Below the pieces are notes generated by a model. It saw only the letters and a list, made by a program, of their open reading frames with translations. It did not search any database and was not told the DNA's origin. From contig UYFQ01000098.1 of NCBI GenBank assembly GCA_900617105.1, forward strand, positions 118,749 through 138,748: a stretch of DNA of 20,000 bases, given 5' to 3'. Of the stretch, positions 1-11,011 are shown one piece after another. Numbering within the stretch: position 1 is the first letter of the stretch; every line of letters starts with the position of its first letter. A program made the translations under genes and the position numbers. The stretch comes from Hydrurus foetidus. Lineage: Eukaryota.

Positions 1-453
1 TGCATTTCCAGTAATAGATACGTAGGAGTTCTATGGAAGTCATCATTCGAGAGAAGAAATTACTCCTGTAGTGGAAGGCTGTAAAGGGGCAGAAATCGGG
101 GCCTCTGAAAGAGAAATTTGATCGTGTACATATAATCCACGTTATTCGAAGAGCTCAATATCGAGACACTCCAGCTGAATTTGAAAAAAATCATCTTGTC
201 CTTCGACATTAGACTGCATCGGTGACTAAAGGGTGTCTATCTGCACTACCGACTCTTGATTACGAATATCTTAAACCTAAACAGCGATATTGATCAAATC
301 AAATCCAACGAGATAACTAGCAACACTTCGTTTCACAACGATTGAAATAGACGGCATACTTGCTCGGAGTAAATCATCATCAGTAATTCAAACAACTTTG
401 ATGAAAAAATAGACTTCAACAAGTGATCGTAGCTTTTCTGACGTTGCTTTATC

Positions 454-3400
454 ATGCAAAGAATGTTGAATGTAGCGAAGAGAGGAATAGGGGGTGTTGG
501 TAACGTGATTACCACAATCAAAACTGCAGCTGTCGACTTGGTAAGCGAATCAGCATCATCTTATGACATGTACAAAGTGTACTGATCGATTGCAATGGTT
601 TAAATCCAGGTATTTACGCCGGAGGCACCAGTCGTCAGAAAACCTTCTGAAGAGCTGATGTTCTTGTTCCGATCAGTGTGCGCCATATTTGATGATCTTA
701 CTGATAGGAACAATGCAGGTATACTTCATTTCCTATGAATATTCAGAACGCATTTCTGCCAGCAATTTCGTCATATTTCGTGACACAGTATAAGCACATT
801 CTCCTGTAAAATGCGAAGCACTAAATATTGAACATGATGCGTCTTGCTGTGTTTCTTGCTAGTCCCTGACTAAAAACGATATTTCAGTGGGGAAGAGTCT
901 TATGTCACTGTTTAATGACTGATTCATGATGATGCATATTGCATATTGATTTTCGTGTTATATCATACATGATATAATATTATCCGAAATTTTCAACTGA
1001 ACAAAAACAATTTCTCGATTTGTTTTTTTACTCAGATTCATACGAAGTTGAAAAAGAATTTTCCCAATCAAAAATAAAAGAATATCTCAGAGAAATGATT
1101 AGCATATTAAAATCAGACACAGATACATTAAGTGAGGGACTGTATATGGCAGACTTAAATGATGACTTAGGATCGTGTTTCGACTATTTTATACAGTTTC
1201 ATATGGTACGGGAATTCTGTATACGAGCTATAAAAGACACTCCCAGAGGATTTCTACCATTAATTCTGAATTTCATGGCGTCAGTATTTCAGAATGTGAC
1301 CTATCCTCTCCTTCCCCAAGTGTCTATACACAAAGCCGTAGCGAATTTATTGTTTTTTTCGTATCATTACGAATCTTTGCAATTGAAAGAGTCCAAGGTC
1401 CTTCACGTAGGCCCTTTAGGGGAACTTTCTCCGGAATGGATTTATCGAAGAAATCAAACTTCAGCTAATTCATATCAGAGAAGAATTGGTACGTACGTAC
1501 TTTTGTTTTTTAAAATTGTCTTTTTACATGGAATTACATGAACTTTATTTTCATTAATACTTGTACGATATGATTTTAAACTCATTTCCCTTCTTTTTTA
1601 TTATTTTACAGATATAGGGTTGATGAGACTGGTCGGAGTTATTTGGTCGAAAATCACAGAAAATCCTACTGTACTTGATTTCTTTTCCGTATTTGATACA
1701 AGGTAAGAAAAAGGGAAAAAATGTTGATTAGGTGTTCTTTATAATGACCATATTATATTGCCTTTTTTTGCCGCAAAATTTTGTGATTGTAATAAGTTTG
1801 GAGCACTGTTAATAATCGCAAAGTTATTCCAATCACAATTAAACGGATAATCCGTAATTATTGCGATTTTTTGATTTTTAAAGTTGCTCTTTATTTTCTA
1901 CGTGAGAAATTCTTTACGTTAGAAGTAAACTTTAAGTATTTCATTTTTTTCATTCTCAAAATAAAAAGTGTAGTATTACAAATAGAAGATGGAACATTTA
2001 TTGCATCCTCGAATAGAAACACTCTTCTTCTGCTGTACCACTTATTATCTATTTAACATCCTAAACACAATAATTTACGAACTGCTTAGACCTAATTAAT
2101 GTCGTACTAAATTCAGGAGTGCTCTAGCCATTTCTCAAAGTAACCGTCCGTGCGTCCCTCCTCAAATAGACGTACTGTCCGCTCCCGTACGATTGCTGCA
2201 CGATGCACATGTAAGACTTGAAATTTATTTGAGATAAATCATTGTTTGTATTTACCATTTCGTCTTTTTCGCGTACGTATCCGCATATGCTCCACGTGTA
2301 CACGCACAAGCGAAAGAGCTGTGCTGCAAAACCTATAATTACCCACGGTCTTACACAGCTTTTTATTAGAAAACCGAGAATTGAAATCAAATATTTATTA
2401 TCATTCTCAGGCTGGTATCGCTGCGAAAGAGTGTATATTACGTGCACTATCTTTGTCCGATTCTCGATGTTACTCGTATTTAGCAAATAATACGGATTTC
2501 GTGAATATACTGATATCGGAAATCGTTAAGTGGTTTTCCTTAACTCTTCAAAACTGTTCAGATCCGTTAAATCTGAAAACGAAAAACACAAATAACGAAT
2601 CTCAATATAATTCGATGCATCAAAATCAAAAGAACATTCCTGGGAAAACAAATTCAGGCACTAAATTTCACACAACTTCTAAAAGTGCTGCAGACTTTTT
2701 GCGGTCAAATTCGTTCAGTGTCATTACTCCCGTAAAATTGAAATTATTCGGTGATAGAGAAAGAAAAGAAAAAAGCAGAGAACAAGGTAGAGAACAAGGT
2801 AGAGAAGAGGTAGAGGTGGATGAGGGAGAAGACAGAATAACTCCGTTACGGTCCTATGCACTGACCAGCGCTTCCAAATACATCGCATCGAAAACACCCT
2901 CAATTTCTATTCCGCATTTACCCTCTATTCCAACATTCACTTCTAAAAGCGCACCGTTCTCAGCGTCAATCAAACCCTCTCCCTCTTCTCAACCTTCTCC
3001 TCCTCTTCCTTCTCTCCCGCCAGTCGAACAGGAATCCGTAGAATCTCCATTAGGTAAGAAAACACGGTTTCTGTTTTTCCTCAGAACTTTTCTGTGGTAG
3101 AATTGAATAAAATTAGTTTTATCATTTCAATAAATCGACAATATGATATGACTTTCTTCACTATTGGATATTCAATGCCGATAGTTTCCTGATGAAAGAA
3201 CATTTAGTGGGGTGCATTTTTTGTCAAATATTTATGTGACTGCTCAGTTCCTAGTTTTGTGTATCAAATAAACATTTAATCACTTTGCTGAGTGCGATGT
3301 CAGATCTATTTTGATCTGCTCAACTCCTCCAATACATCCATATCGCTCGTATTCCATTGCTTGATTTCCCACAGTCTTCTGACGATCTTTCTTCTTTTAT

Positions 3401-6123
3401 TTTTTATTTCTTTTTCAACAGTTTTATTTTTGAGAGCAGTAAGATTCTTAGACTCCGTAGTTGAAATTTGTCATGCGGAAAAAAAGAAAAGCAATCAAAA
3501 TGAGAAAAAAAGAAAATTCACCGAGGAACAAAGTAAAAAAATTAAAAAAAAGGCAAATTATACAAATCGTTCTCAATCATCAAATACGGAAATAAATATC
3601 ACTGATGGTAGCGATGTAAAAAAAGAACACATGGAAGATAAAAATGAAAATGAAAATGAAAATAAAAATGCAACTCACAAAAAAGTCGAAAGTAAGAACG
3701 ATGATGATAATGACGATGAAATAGATATATTATCGCGACTAGTAAAATCGTACCAAAAAGACTTTCTAGAAACGCACGTACGTACAGCTTTATTCGCCAC
3801 TGGAGAAATGCATTCTTTGGCAGCTTTTTCCGTTACAAGAATCTTACTGTTAGAACTACGGAAATCAAGCAGAAAAGGTATTTTAGTCAATGTCACAACA
3901 GCATTTTTCGGTAATGGAAAAGAAAACGAAAAGGAATTTGGGACGAATGAAAATACAATTGATACTGATGTGGAACATAAAAGCAATAACAGCAATAATG
4001 ATGATTTAATATCTCTAATAATTTCAAAAGGAAAATCGCCAAATAAAGATTTGTCAGTTTCTTCCTCATTATTAATTTCTTGCATTATGAAGACATCATC
4101 GCTCAGTCAAGCACTCACTATACTAAATATATCGAAGTTCAAAAAATCCTCAATAATCCCCCTAAAAAATGTCGAAAATAGCGGTAATATCTCAGTAGCT
4201 GCTGATATCAAGCCTGATATCACAGATCTGACAAAAAACACGACTGAGCAAAATGATAACAACAATCTTGAAGTTCAGAGCGACAGAGAAATATATTTTG
4301 AAAATGTAAATGATGAAAGTACAGACAAAAGTGACAACGATAGTTTGGAGCAAAAGGATGAAACATTAAATCAAACGGAATCATTGAAAGAATACAATTA
4401 TGTAAACCTAAATAATGCAAATAGCATCAAAAATTGGGAAAATGTAGAATTTGAACCTATTGATGAATATTTGATGCGATTGTGTATTGTAATATTTGAA
4501 GGAGATAAAAAAGAATTTGAAAATATTTTGAACACGGAAAAGAAAATTGACGCGCCAAATTTTGAATTTTTGGAATCTGTGTCAACTGAAAGTGGAAACA
4601 TCTCTATTTCTAATAAAAGCAAAAACGAAATTGAGTTGGAAACTGAAAATGCAATTGAAGATAAAATCGAAAATGATATTAAAAATGAGAAAATAAAAGA
4701 AATTTCAGTGGATCACGACAAAAAGTTTTTTTCCAAATATACAGACATTGCGTGCGGAGTTATTATTGGCAAGCTGTCCGTCTGTCTCTCCTCTTTGCTG
4801 TACTTAGATGACGGTAATGATTGCGATGATGTGGCAGACGACACTAAATGTGATGAATTGCGTACCAAATCAAGTAATGGTGAGGCAAAAATTGAGAAAA
4901 ACGAAGACCGAGACTGTGGTATAGTGAGTCATAAAACAGATGAAACCGTCGTCAGTGATAATCGCGCTTATGAACATTCAAGAATTAGTCGGGCATTCAC
5001 TAATTCTCGACAAGCAGTTAACATTCGTGAGAGTCTCGTACTAGATTTCGTTCTTCAGAAATTGTCCGTTTTTTTGAATTTAAAATATGAAGAGCAAATT
5101 TCTTTAACAGGTTTAGTCCGTCATTGTATACTTTCATTATGCGCGTTCTTGGTCCAAAAAAGTTTCAAGAACAGCAGTGAAAATAGAGGTACAAAAAAGT
5201 GCGACATGAATTGTGATGAAAATAATGAGATAAAATTGAATGAAGGTTCAGACAATGCAAATTCAACATTCAGGATGAGCCAATCTGAGAAAAAAAATGA
5301 AAAAGATATTTTACAGTTTTTAGTTAATGTTTTAGAATTAACATCATCTATTAAAAAGGAATTGAAAATTCCCTTGGATGGTATTTTTGAGCATGCCAGA
5401 AAAATAAAAATGATTGAAGATACTCTGTGTGTAAGTGTAGCAAATATAGATATTAATGACATTAAAAAATCGATGAGGAATAATAATAGCAGTTTTGATA
5501 AAAATGGTATAAATGATAGTGAAGAGATTAAGAATAATACCGTAATTGGCCGGGAATATCTCCTGTCTCATATCTGCAGCGAATCAAATTCAACGCCATT
5601 ACAATCCAAGCAAAACAAAAAGATTCTATTGAGCGCAGTGATAATAAATGAATTTCTCAAAGAAACAGTCGGCGCAATTTTTGCCACGAAGAAAATGAAA
5701 TTTTCGGTATTTAATGCGTACAAATTTTCAAAATCTGTGAATATGTCTGGCGAAAACACGAAATTTGGTGACGGATTTCTAAAAGAAAATTGGGAAGAAG
5801 AATCTGATTTGGACGAAAAAAAGTTTTCTGATTCAGCAACTGTTCAGATGGACAGTTTTAATGATGAGAATTTGACAGATAATTGCATGGACGATTTCAG
5901 TGAATCTGACATAACGGAAAATACTAAACTAAGAGAATACGAGAATGCATCTGTTTTGAAAATTTTAACTAATTTTGGCGAAGAAAAATATAGTGCCGAT
6001 TTCTTAAAGTCAACTTCGCCCTACGCGAAATCGAAGAATTGTTTTGATAGCAATATTAATGAGTCAGATTTTTTGTCAGAATACTATTCTTTGGAAAAAG
6101 AACTCTCTGACTTAAATTCTTAA
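454..6123 (+). CDS. FHIP: FHIP/FAM160 family (FTS- and Hook-interacting protein, RAI16-like), 7 exons, ~1392 aa
   Basis: Hand-spliced model, all GT..AG with consistent phases: exons 454-540, 610-718, 1036-1488, 1612-1702, 2117-2210, 2411-3053, 3422-6123 (4179 nt = 1393 codons including stop). Family-like blocks in the expected order: GSCFDYFIQFHMVREFCIRAIKDTPRGFLPLILNFMASVFQNVTYPLLPQVSIHKAVANLL; IWSKITENPTVLDFF; LLHDAHAGIAAKECILRALSL; LFLRAVRFLDSVVEICH; C-terminal VLDFVLQKLSVFLNLKYEEQISLTGLV and ILLSAVIINEFLKETVGA. The symbol is family-level only. Confidence 0.85.
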
Positions 6124-6824
6124 ATCTGTGACAATGTATTTAGTATAGCTATCAACGGTTTTCACTCTCAAGATAAATATTTACTAATCCTTTGATTTCA
6201 GATTTCTGTGACTCGTTTGTCTAGAATATAACCAGCGTTTTACCGGCAGGCTCGATTGAAATCACGTTATGTTTCTTTTTTTTTGTTTTCATTTGTTTAG
6301 TCACATACAAGTCTATTTTCCGAAATATTTTCAATAAATTAATGAATATTTCATATCGCATCTTTTGCAAGGAAGTAGTCCTCAATTATTTTGATGTGCA
6401 GTACAGCGTTTGGTGCGAGTGGCTACATCACGGCTAAAAAAATCAAAAAATTCGGGGTGAGAAAAAATAAAACACGAAAAATAGTTAGTCCCTACTGACG
6501 TCCGTACAGAGAGACAGCCTTCGTACGTACGGAAGTTGTAGTACCGTCGAGTGCCATACATTTGGATTCTGGAGTTTTCCGTTTTTTCCAAAAAAGGCCA
6601 AAATATGGTCATTTTTGGACATCTCAAGAATATCAACGAAGCCCAACTTAACTTTCTTCTATGATATTCAAGATGGGCTCTGTTCGCACATGATCTGCTA
6701 CGTAGGTCGTGCAACTGTTGCGCGCTTCAGCAGCATTTGGTGTCTGAAATCGTCCATTTCGTGGTGGAAACGGTGATTTTGACCGGCATCAAATACTTTC
6801 GACCCGAAAGTTTTCAGTGATTTT

Positions 6825-7036
6825 TGTTGATGTCCCAGTTGAAGAGCACACCAAGAGTGAAATGAATGGGCGTATTTCACGATTGTTGGAATTAAATTAT
6901 GGGAGAAGTGATTGACTATCTGTTGATTCAAATGACAATGTTTGTAAATGATAAATTGCGTACAATGTGAAGTTATATCTGAACTACCATCTAAAGTAGT
7001 TATGTACTGCATATGTCGTGCGTACGTTAATCAACA
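6825..7036 (-). repeat. 3' LTR of the copia element (212 bp)
   Basis: TGTTGAT...ATCAACA 7-bp inverted termini; direct repeat of 12126-12323; preceded on the - strand by the PPT. Confidence 0.95.
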
Positions 7037-7045
7037 CACCCTCTC
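7037..7045 (-). other. Polypurine tract (GAGAGGGTG)
   Basis: Purine-rich run directly abutting the TG of the 3' LTR on the - strand. Confidence 0.8.
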
Positions 7046-7282
7046 AAACATGTGAGTTTGTCAACGGGTAGGTGTAATTTGCGCTTTATCTCAGCGTGTT
7101 CTGACGCAGCTGGACAGTATTGCTGGGCTGTAATCGATTGGCCCGCGGTTCGGACCTCCATACTTCGTGTACGTCCGGTGTCGGCCGGAAGGTGAATCCC
7201 ACGAAGTGCCGCTGGTTAGAATGCCTCGTCGGGTTCGTAATCAAAGCGGACGTTGTGGGAACGCCTTTTGCCAATTAGGACG

Positions 7283-10200
7283 TCATTGTTTTAAGCTTGT
7301 TGAATGGACTGAGCGATATTTTGCCGCACGAGCGGCTGACTTGGAAATGTTGGAATTGTCATGTGCTGGAGGGACATGTACCAGAAGTGGCATGAGCTTC
7401 TGGTGCAAATGGACTGGAAGGGGTTTGGTGAAAAAGTCGGCGAGGTTGTCAATGCCTTTGCGCCAAGTGACCGAGAATTGTTTTTGATGAATTCGATCAC
7501 GGATCCAGTGAAATCTCATGTCAATACTTTTTGTGCGTTTTGGTTTTATAGTGTCTAATGCGATGCCTTCTGCGCATTTATTATCGCAGAGGATAATGGT
7601 GGGAGGCTGAGGATATCCGAGGGATTGGAGTATATTGCGAAGCCATGCACCATCTTGGCCAGCGTAAAAGAGGGCCGCATATTCAGCCTCGGCTGCTGAT
7701 GCTACTACAGACGGAATGATGGTGCTGAAGGCGTGAATGGGGCCATTTATAAGAGTTGGCTCTCCACTATTTCCAAGATAGAAAATTGCTCCTGCGACAG
7801 ACCGTGCATTGGGACGCGAGAGGTAAGATGCGTCAGATTGGATATGTAAGATCATATCACAAGCGTGATAACGCAATGCATTATTGGGATATCGGGAGCA
7901 GTAGGCGAGGAGTCGCTCTGATGCGTGGAGCACGTTTTGGGTGGGATGAGCTTGCAGGGACGATAGGTGGGTGACAGCAGGCAAAATTGTAGCATCAATT
8001 CCTCTGGCGTAATACAGTAATGATCCAACTATTTCTTGTAATGTGGTGGTTTCTGCAGGCGATAGCGGGGTGCTGGTGTCCTCAGATGGTGACTGTTGGA
8101 TAGCGCCATAGGTCGGAGGAACATAGATGGCTGGGGAATTGGCCCCGATTTGGAGCGATGGCGCGAAGCGTTTCAGAGCTTTGGCAATATACCCAGGCAT
8201 GCTGAGTGTGACGGTGCGTTGTGAATGATCAAATTCGATGAAGAATCCGAGATATTTGGAGCCCGACCAGTCAATTGTTATAGGATATAATGCTTGTAGA
8301 GTTGCTATCAAGTGGTTGGCCCCATGCTTATCAATATACTTTACGCCGAAATCGTCGACGACTAATGAAAACGAGACGCCGTTGGATTCGTGTCGAAAGA
8401 GGCATGTCGTATCAGTTTGATGGTATCCATGTTGTCGGAGGTGAGTGATGAGACGCTGCTGTGCGAGCAGTCCTGCTTGTGGAAGGCCATACATACCCTT
8501 GTTAACTTCAAATAAGACTGCATTGTTGCGCACGTACGATTGAAGGTTGTACTTACTCATTGTTGTAGGAGGAATGAACTTGAGGGCGATGCGAAGGTAT
8601 TCGGGACGAGGTAGCGGGGTGTTGAGATAGTAATCTTTTATGTCTATGGTTAACCAGTGACTGTTGTCAGATATGACCGAGTGTAAAAGAATTTTGACTA
8701 ATGGCATGGCTGCCGTACGTGCTGTTGTGGGACCCGGATAGTTTACACGGTCACCGCCTATGGTGCCGCGAATGCGGTACGTTCGTTCGCCAGCTGCATT
8801 TTCTTTCTCTTTTGTCTGTGGATTATAGTAAGTCGTGTCTCGGCGTCGTGTTAGCGGCTGTTGGTCGATTAAGATTGGGCGAATAGTCTCTGTAGTGAGT
8901 AATCTGTCCAATTCCTCTGCCTCAGCGAGTTGCCAGTAACTTGCATTTTCCCCTTGTTTGGCAGTAGCGTAGCGAAGGGGTTGACCTGACTCGTCGAGAT
9001 TGAGTGTGTTGTTAGCGACTGACGGTGGCGTATGTGAAGCGAGTTGGATGAGCTGAGGTGGTAGCGGAATGGACACCCTCGTAGAACCGGAGCTGGTGAG
9101 ACGGGTATTAGGGGAAGCGCTAGGGGAGTGTGAAGCCGGGGTGAGTTGCGAGTGGAGTAGGGGGGGCGGCGGAATTGCAGGTCGTGATGGTGTGAGCACC
9201 CTCTCACAGTTGGCAGGGAATAGAGGAACCGTATGAACGACATTAGCTGGCGACGAAGGCACCCTCTGTTCGTGCACAGTCTCAGGTCCAGGCGAGTCTT
9301 GCACGGCGGCGACAGTGCGGATTGGATCATTGTGTGGAGGCACATCAGCCGCTGGAGCTGAGAGCCCAAAGAGCTCAATTAAATTGTTTATAACGGAGTG
9401 TATCAAAGGACGAGCTGGCTGTGGACTGTTACGTAGACTTTGGGGCAGACGAGCAAACTCTGTGAGTGCTGTTTGAAGGGTGTCCACGGTTGTGAGAAGT
9501 GCATCATGAGCGCTGAACCCGGGGACATTTAGCGCATGTGGGAACCATGCAACAGTATCGGCGATGCGAATAGCTTTGGTTGCTGTGGACCACACGCGGT
9601 ATGCGCGATAGTGTTGCATGGCGGGTCCGAGGTAGTAACCAGAGACACCGTGCGGTGCCCAGGATGCGCGCACTGCGGGCTTATCGTGAATGAGGACTCG
9701 GGTGCCTACAGGAGCTATCGGATGTCTGGCGAAGTCAAACGCGCCTCCATGGATACCCGCGTACGCTGACACTGAAGGATTAGGGCTGTACGGTATGAGA
9801 TGGTTCAGACAAATTTCGACTTGAGGAAGCAACTCATCCCAGAGTTGGAGGGGAAACTCAGGTGCCACAGTGCACAGTGTGGCGATAAAATGGTTTTTGA
9901 ACGTTCGAATGGCGCGTTCAGCTTTAAGCGACCGATGATTGTGGGGAGGACAATATTGAATGTCGATATTAGAGGAAATAGCGAATGCCTCGAGTGCGCC
10001 AGAAGTCTCATTATCTAATCTCTGGAAGGCTGGCCGGCGACCGAGGCGAGCGAAAAAATTGAGTGTCTTTTTGTACGCCGCAATGTAGTCTGCGTGATGG
10101 CGGGACTTCATTGTTTCTACATGGATGTATCCGTCAAGGATTGACACGAAGATGTATTGGGCACCGGTGTGCGATATAACCGGAAAGCGGCCTGTCAGAT

Positions 10201-10981
10201 CCGAGTGCAACGTGTCGGATATTAGCACAATTTGTGTGTAGGCTTGATCCTGTGTCACAGGGGGTTTGTCGAGGATGTTGTCGGGCGGAGAGTCGCTGTC
10301 GGAGCTGTCGTCGGAGTCAAAAATTTGAATAGGTGTTTTAGTGGACTGCTGGCCTTGGCGATGCTGATCTAGATGTCCCTGAGCGGTGGCTATGGATAGC
10401 GGAGGATAGGCCGATAAGATGTGAGATGTGAGCCGTGGGTATAGATGTAAATAACCGCGACGAACAGCTTTGGCAAATGTTGAGAGAGAGGGACTGCCAA
10501 GTGCCGCATGTGTAAATCGAACGAAATCGGCATCGTTGGATCGAGTGTGCGCCGCGGCTGCAGTGAAGGCTTGAATGGGTAATGGAAGCGAGATGGTCCA
10601 TAGGTTACTTGTAGGTAGTTTGGTGCCGCAAAGTACCTTGTTGTTGTCTTGTGTGATGGTGACATTAGTGCCCGTAAACGTAGCGACACATCCCATTTCG
10701 CAGAGTTGTGCAATTGATAATAATGATGTGTTGAGTACGTCATCAGGAAATACATGTCCTGATATGGGCTGAGGTAGGTTAGGCACATAAAATAAACAGC
10801 TACCAATGGATTTGATGGTGTGGCCATTTGGGAGAAGCACATGTAACGGTGATTGACTGAGGGTAAAGTACGGCGCATCGGATTTGCGAATTAGTGTATG
10901 CGTAGATCCAGTGTCGGCACAAATCGAAGATGGGGCGGAGAGAGAAACTGTTTGCATTAAATTACACGTGGCGTGTGTCAT
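7283..10981 (-). CDS. pol: Copia Pol polyprotein (protease-integrase-RT-RNase H)
   Basis: 1232-aa uninterrupted ORF. PR ADTGSTH; IN DDE core LHSDLTG / RLDNE / KAERAIRTFKNH; RT TIDIKDYYL, GMYGLPQAG, LVVDDFGVKY; RNase H IQSDASY, AEAEY, CDNKCA, NLADFFTK. The frame stays open upstream to the gag stop at 11012-11014. Confidence 0.96.
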   Translation of the reverse strand: MTHATCNLMQTVSLSAPSSICADTGSTHTLIRKSDAPYFTLSQSPLHVLLPNGHTIKSIGSCLFYVPNLPQPISGHVFPDDVLNTSLLSIAQLCEMGCVATFTGTNVTITQDNNKVLCGTKLPTSNLWTISLPLPIQAFTAAAAHTRSNDADFVRFTHAALGSPSLSTFAKAVRRGYLHLYPRLTSHILSAYPPLSIATAQGHLDQHRQGQQSTKTPIQIFDSDDSSDSDSPPDNILDKPPVTQDQAYTQIVLISDTLHSDLTGRFPVISHTGAQYIFVSILDGYIHVETMKSRHHADYIAAYKKTLNFFARLGRRPAFQRLDNETSGALEAFAISSNIDIQYCPPHNHRSLKAERAIRTFKNHFIATLCTVAPEFPLQLWDELLPQVEICLNHLIPYSPNPSVSAYAGIHGGAFDFARHPIAPVGTRVLIHDKPAVRASWAPHGVSGYYLGPAMQHYRAYRVWSTATKAIRIADTVAWFPHALNVPGFSAHDALLTTVDTLQTALTEFARLPQSLRNSPQPARPLIHSVINNLIELFGLSAPAADVPPHNDPIRTVAAVQDSPGPETVHEQRVPSSPANVVHTVPLFPANCERVLTPSRPAIPPPPLLHSQLTPASHSPSASPNTRLTSSGSTRVSIPLPPQLIQLASHTPPSVANNTLNLDESGQPLRYATAKQGENASYWQLAEAEELDRLLTTETIRPILIDQQPLTRRRDTTYYNPQTKEKENAAGERTYRIRGTIGGDRVNYPGPTTARTAAMPLVKILLHSVISDNSHWLTIDIKDYYLNTPLPRPEYLRIALKFIPPTTMSKYNLQSYVRNNAVLFEVNKGMYGLPQAGLLAQQRLITHLRQHGYHQTDTTCLFRHESNGVSFSLVVDDFGVKYIDKHGANHLIATLQALYPITIDWSGSKYLGFFIEFDHSQRTVTLSMPGYIAKALKRFAPSLQIGANSPAIYVPPTYGAIQQSPSEDTSTPLSPAETTTLQEIVGSLLYYARGIDATILPAVTHLSSLQAHPTQNVLHASERLLAYCSRYPNNALRYHACDMILHIQSDASYLSRPNARSVAGAIFYLGNSGEPTLINGPIHAFSTIIPSVVASAAEAEYAALFYAGQDGAWLRNILQSLGYPQPPTIILCDNKCAEGIALDTIKPKRTKSIDMRFHWIRDRIHQKQFSVTWRKGIDNLADFFTKPLPVHLHQKLMPLLVHVPPAHDNSNISKSAARAAKYRSVHSTSLKQ

Positions 10982-11011
10982 ACAATGAATTTGTCTATCC
11001 GTCCCAAAATG

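Noticed and set aside
1..220. Possible first exon(s) of a divergent gene on the - strand
   Set aside because: Candidate ATG frames stop within ~50 codons, with no recognisable protein and no convincing splice model inside the window.
3292..3421. Hydrophobic N-terminus of the 943-aa ORF as a signal or TM segment
   Set aside because: It is translated intron (polypyrimidine tract before the acceptor at 3420-3421); the same applies to the ORF starts at 1020 and 2381.
3675..5759. Antisense ORFs within FHIP exon 7
   Set aside because: Shadow frames of an AT-rich coding exon, with no motifs.
6966..6979. TATA box within the segment missing from the 5' LTR
   Set aside because: About 80 nt from the predicted start site and a weak match; not called as a promoter.
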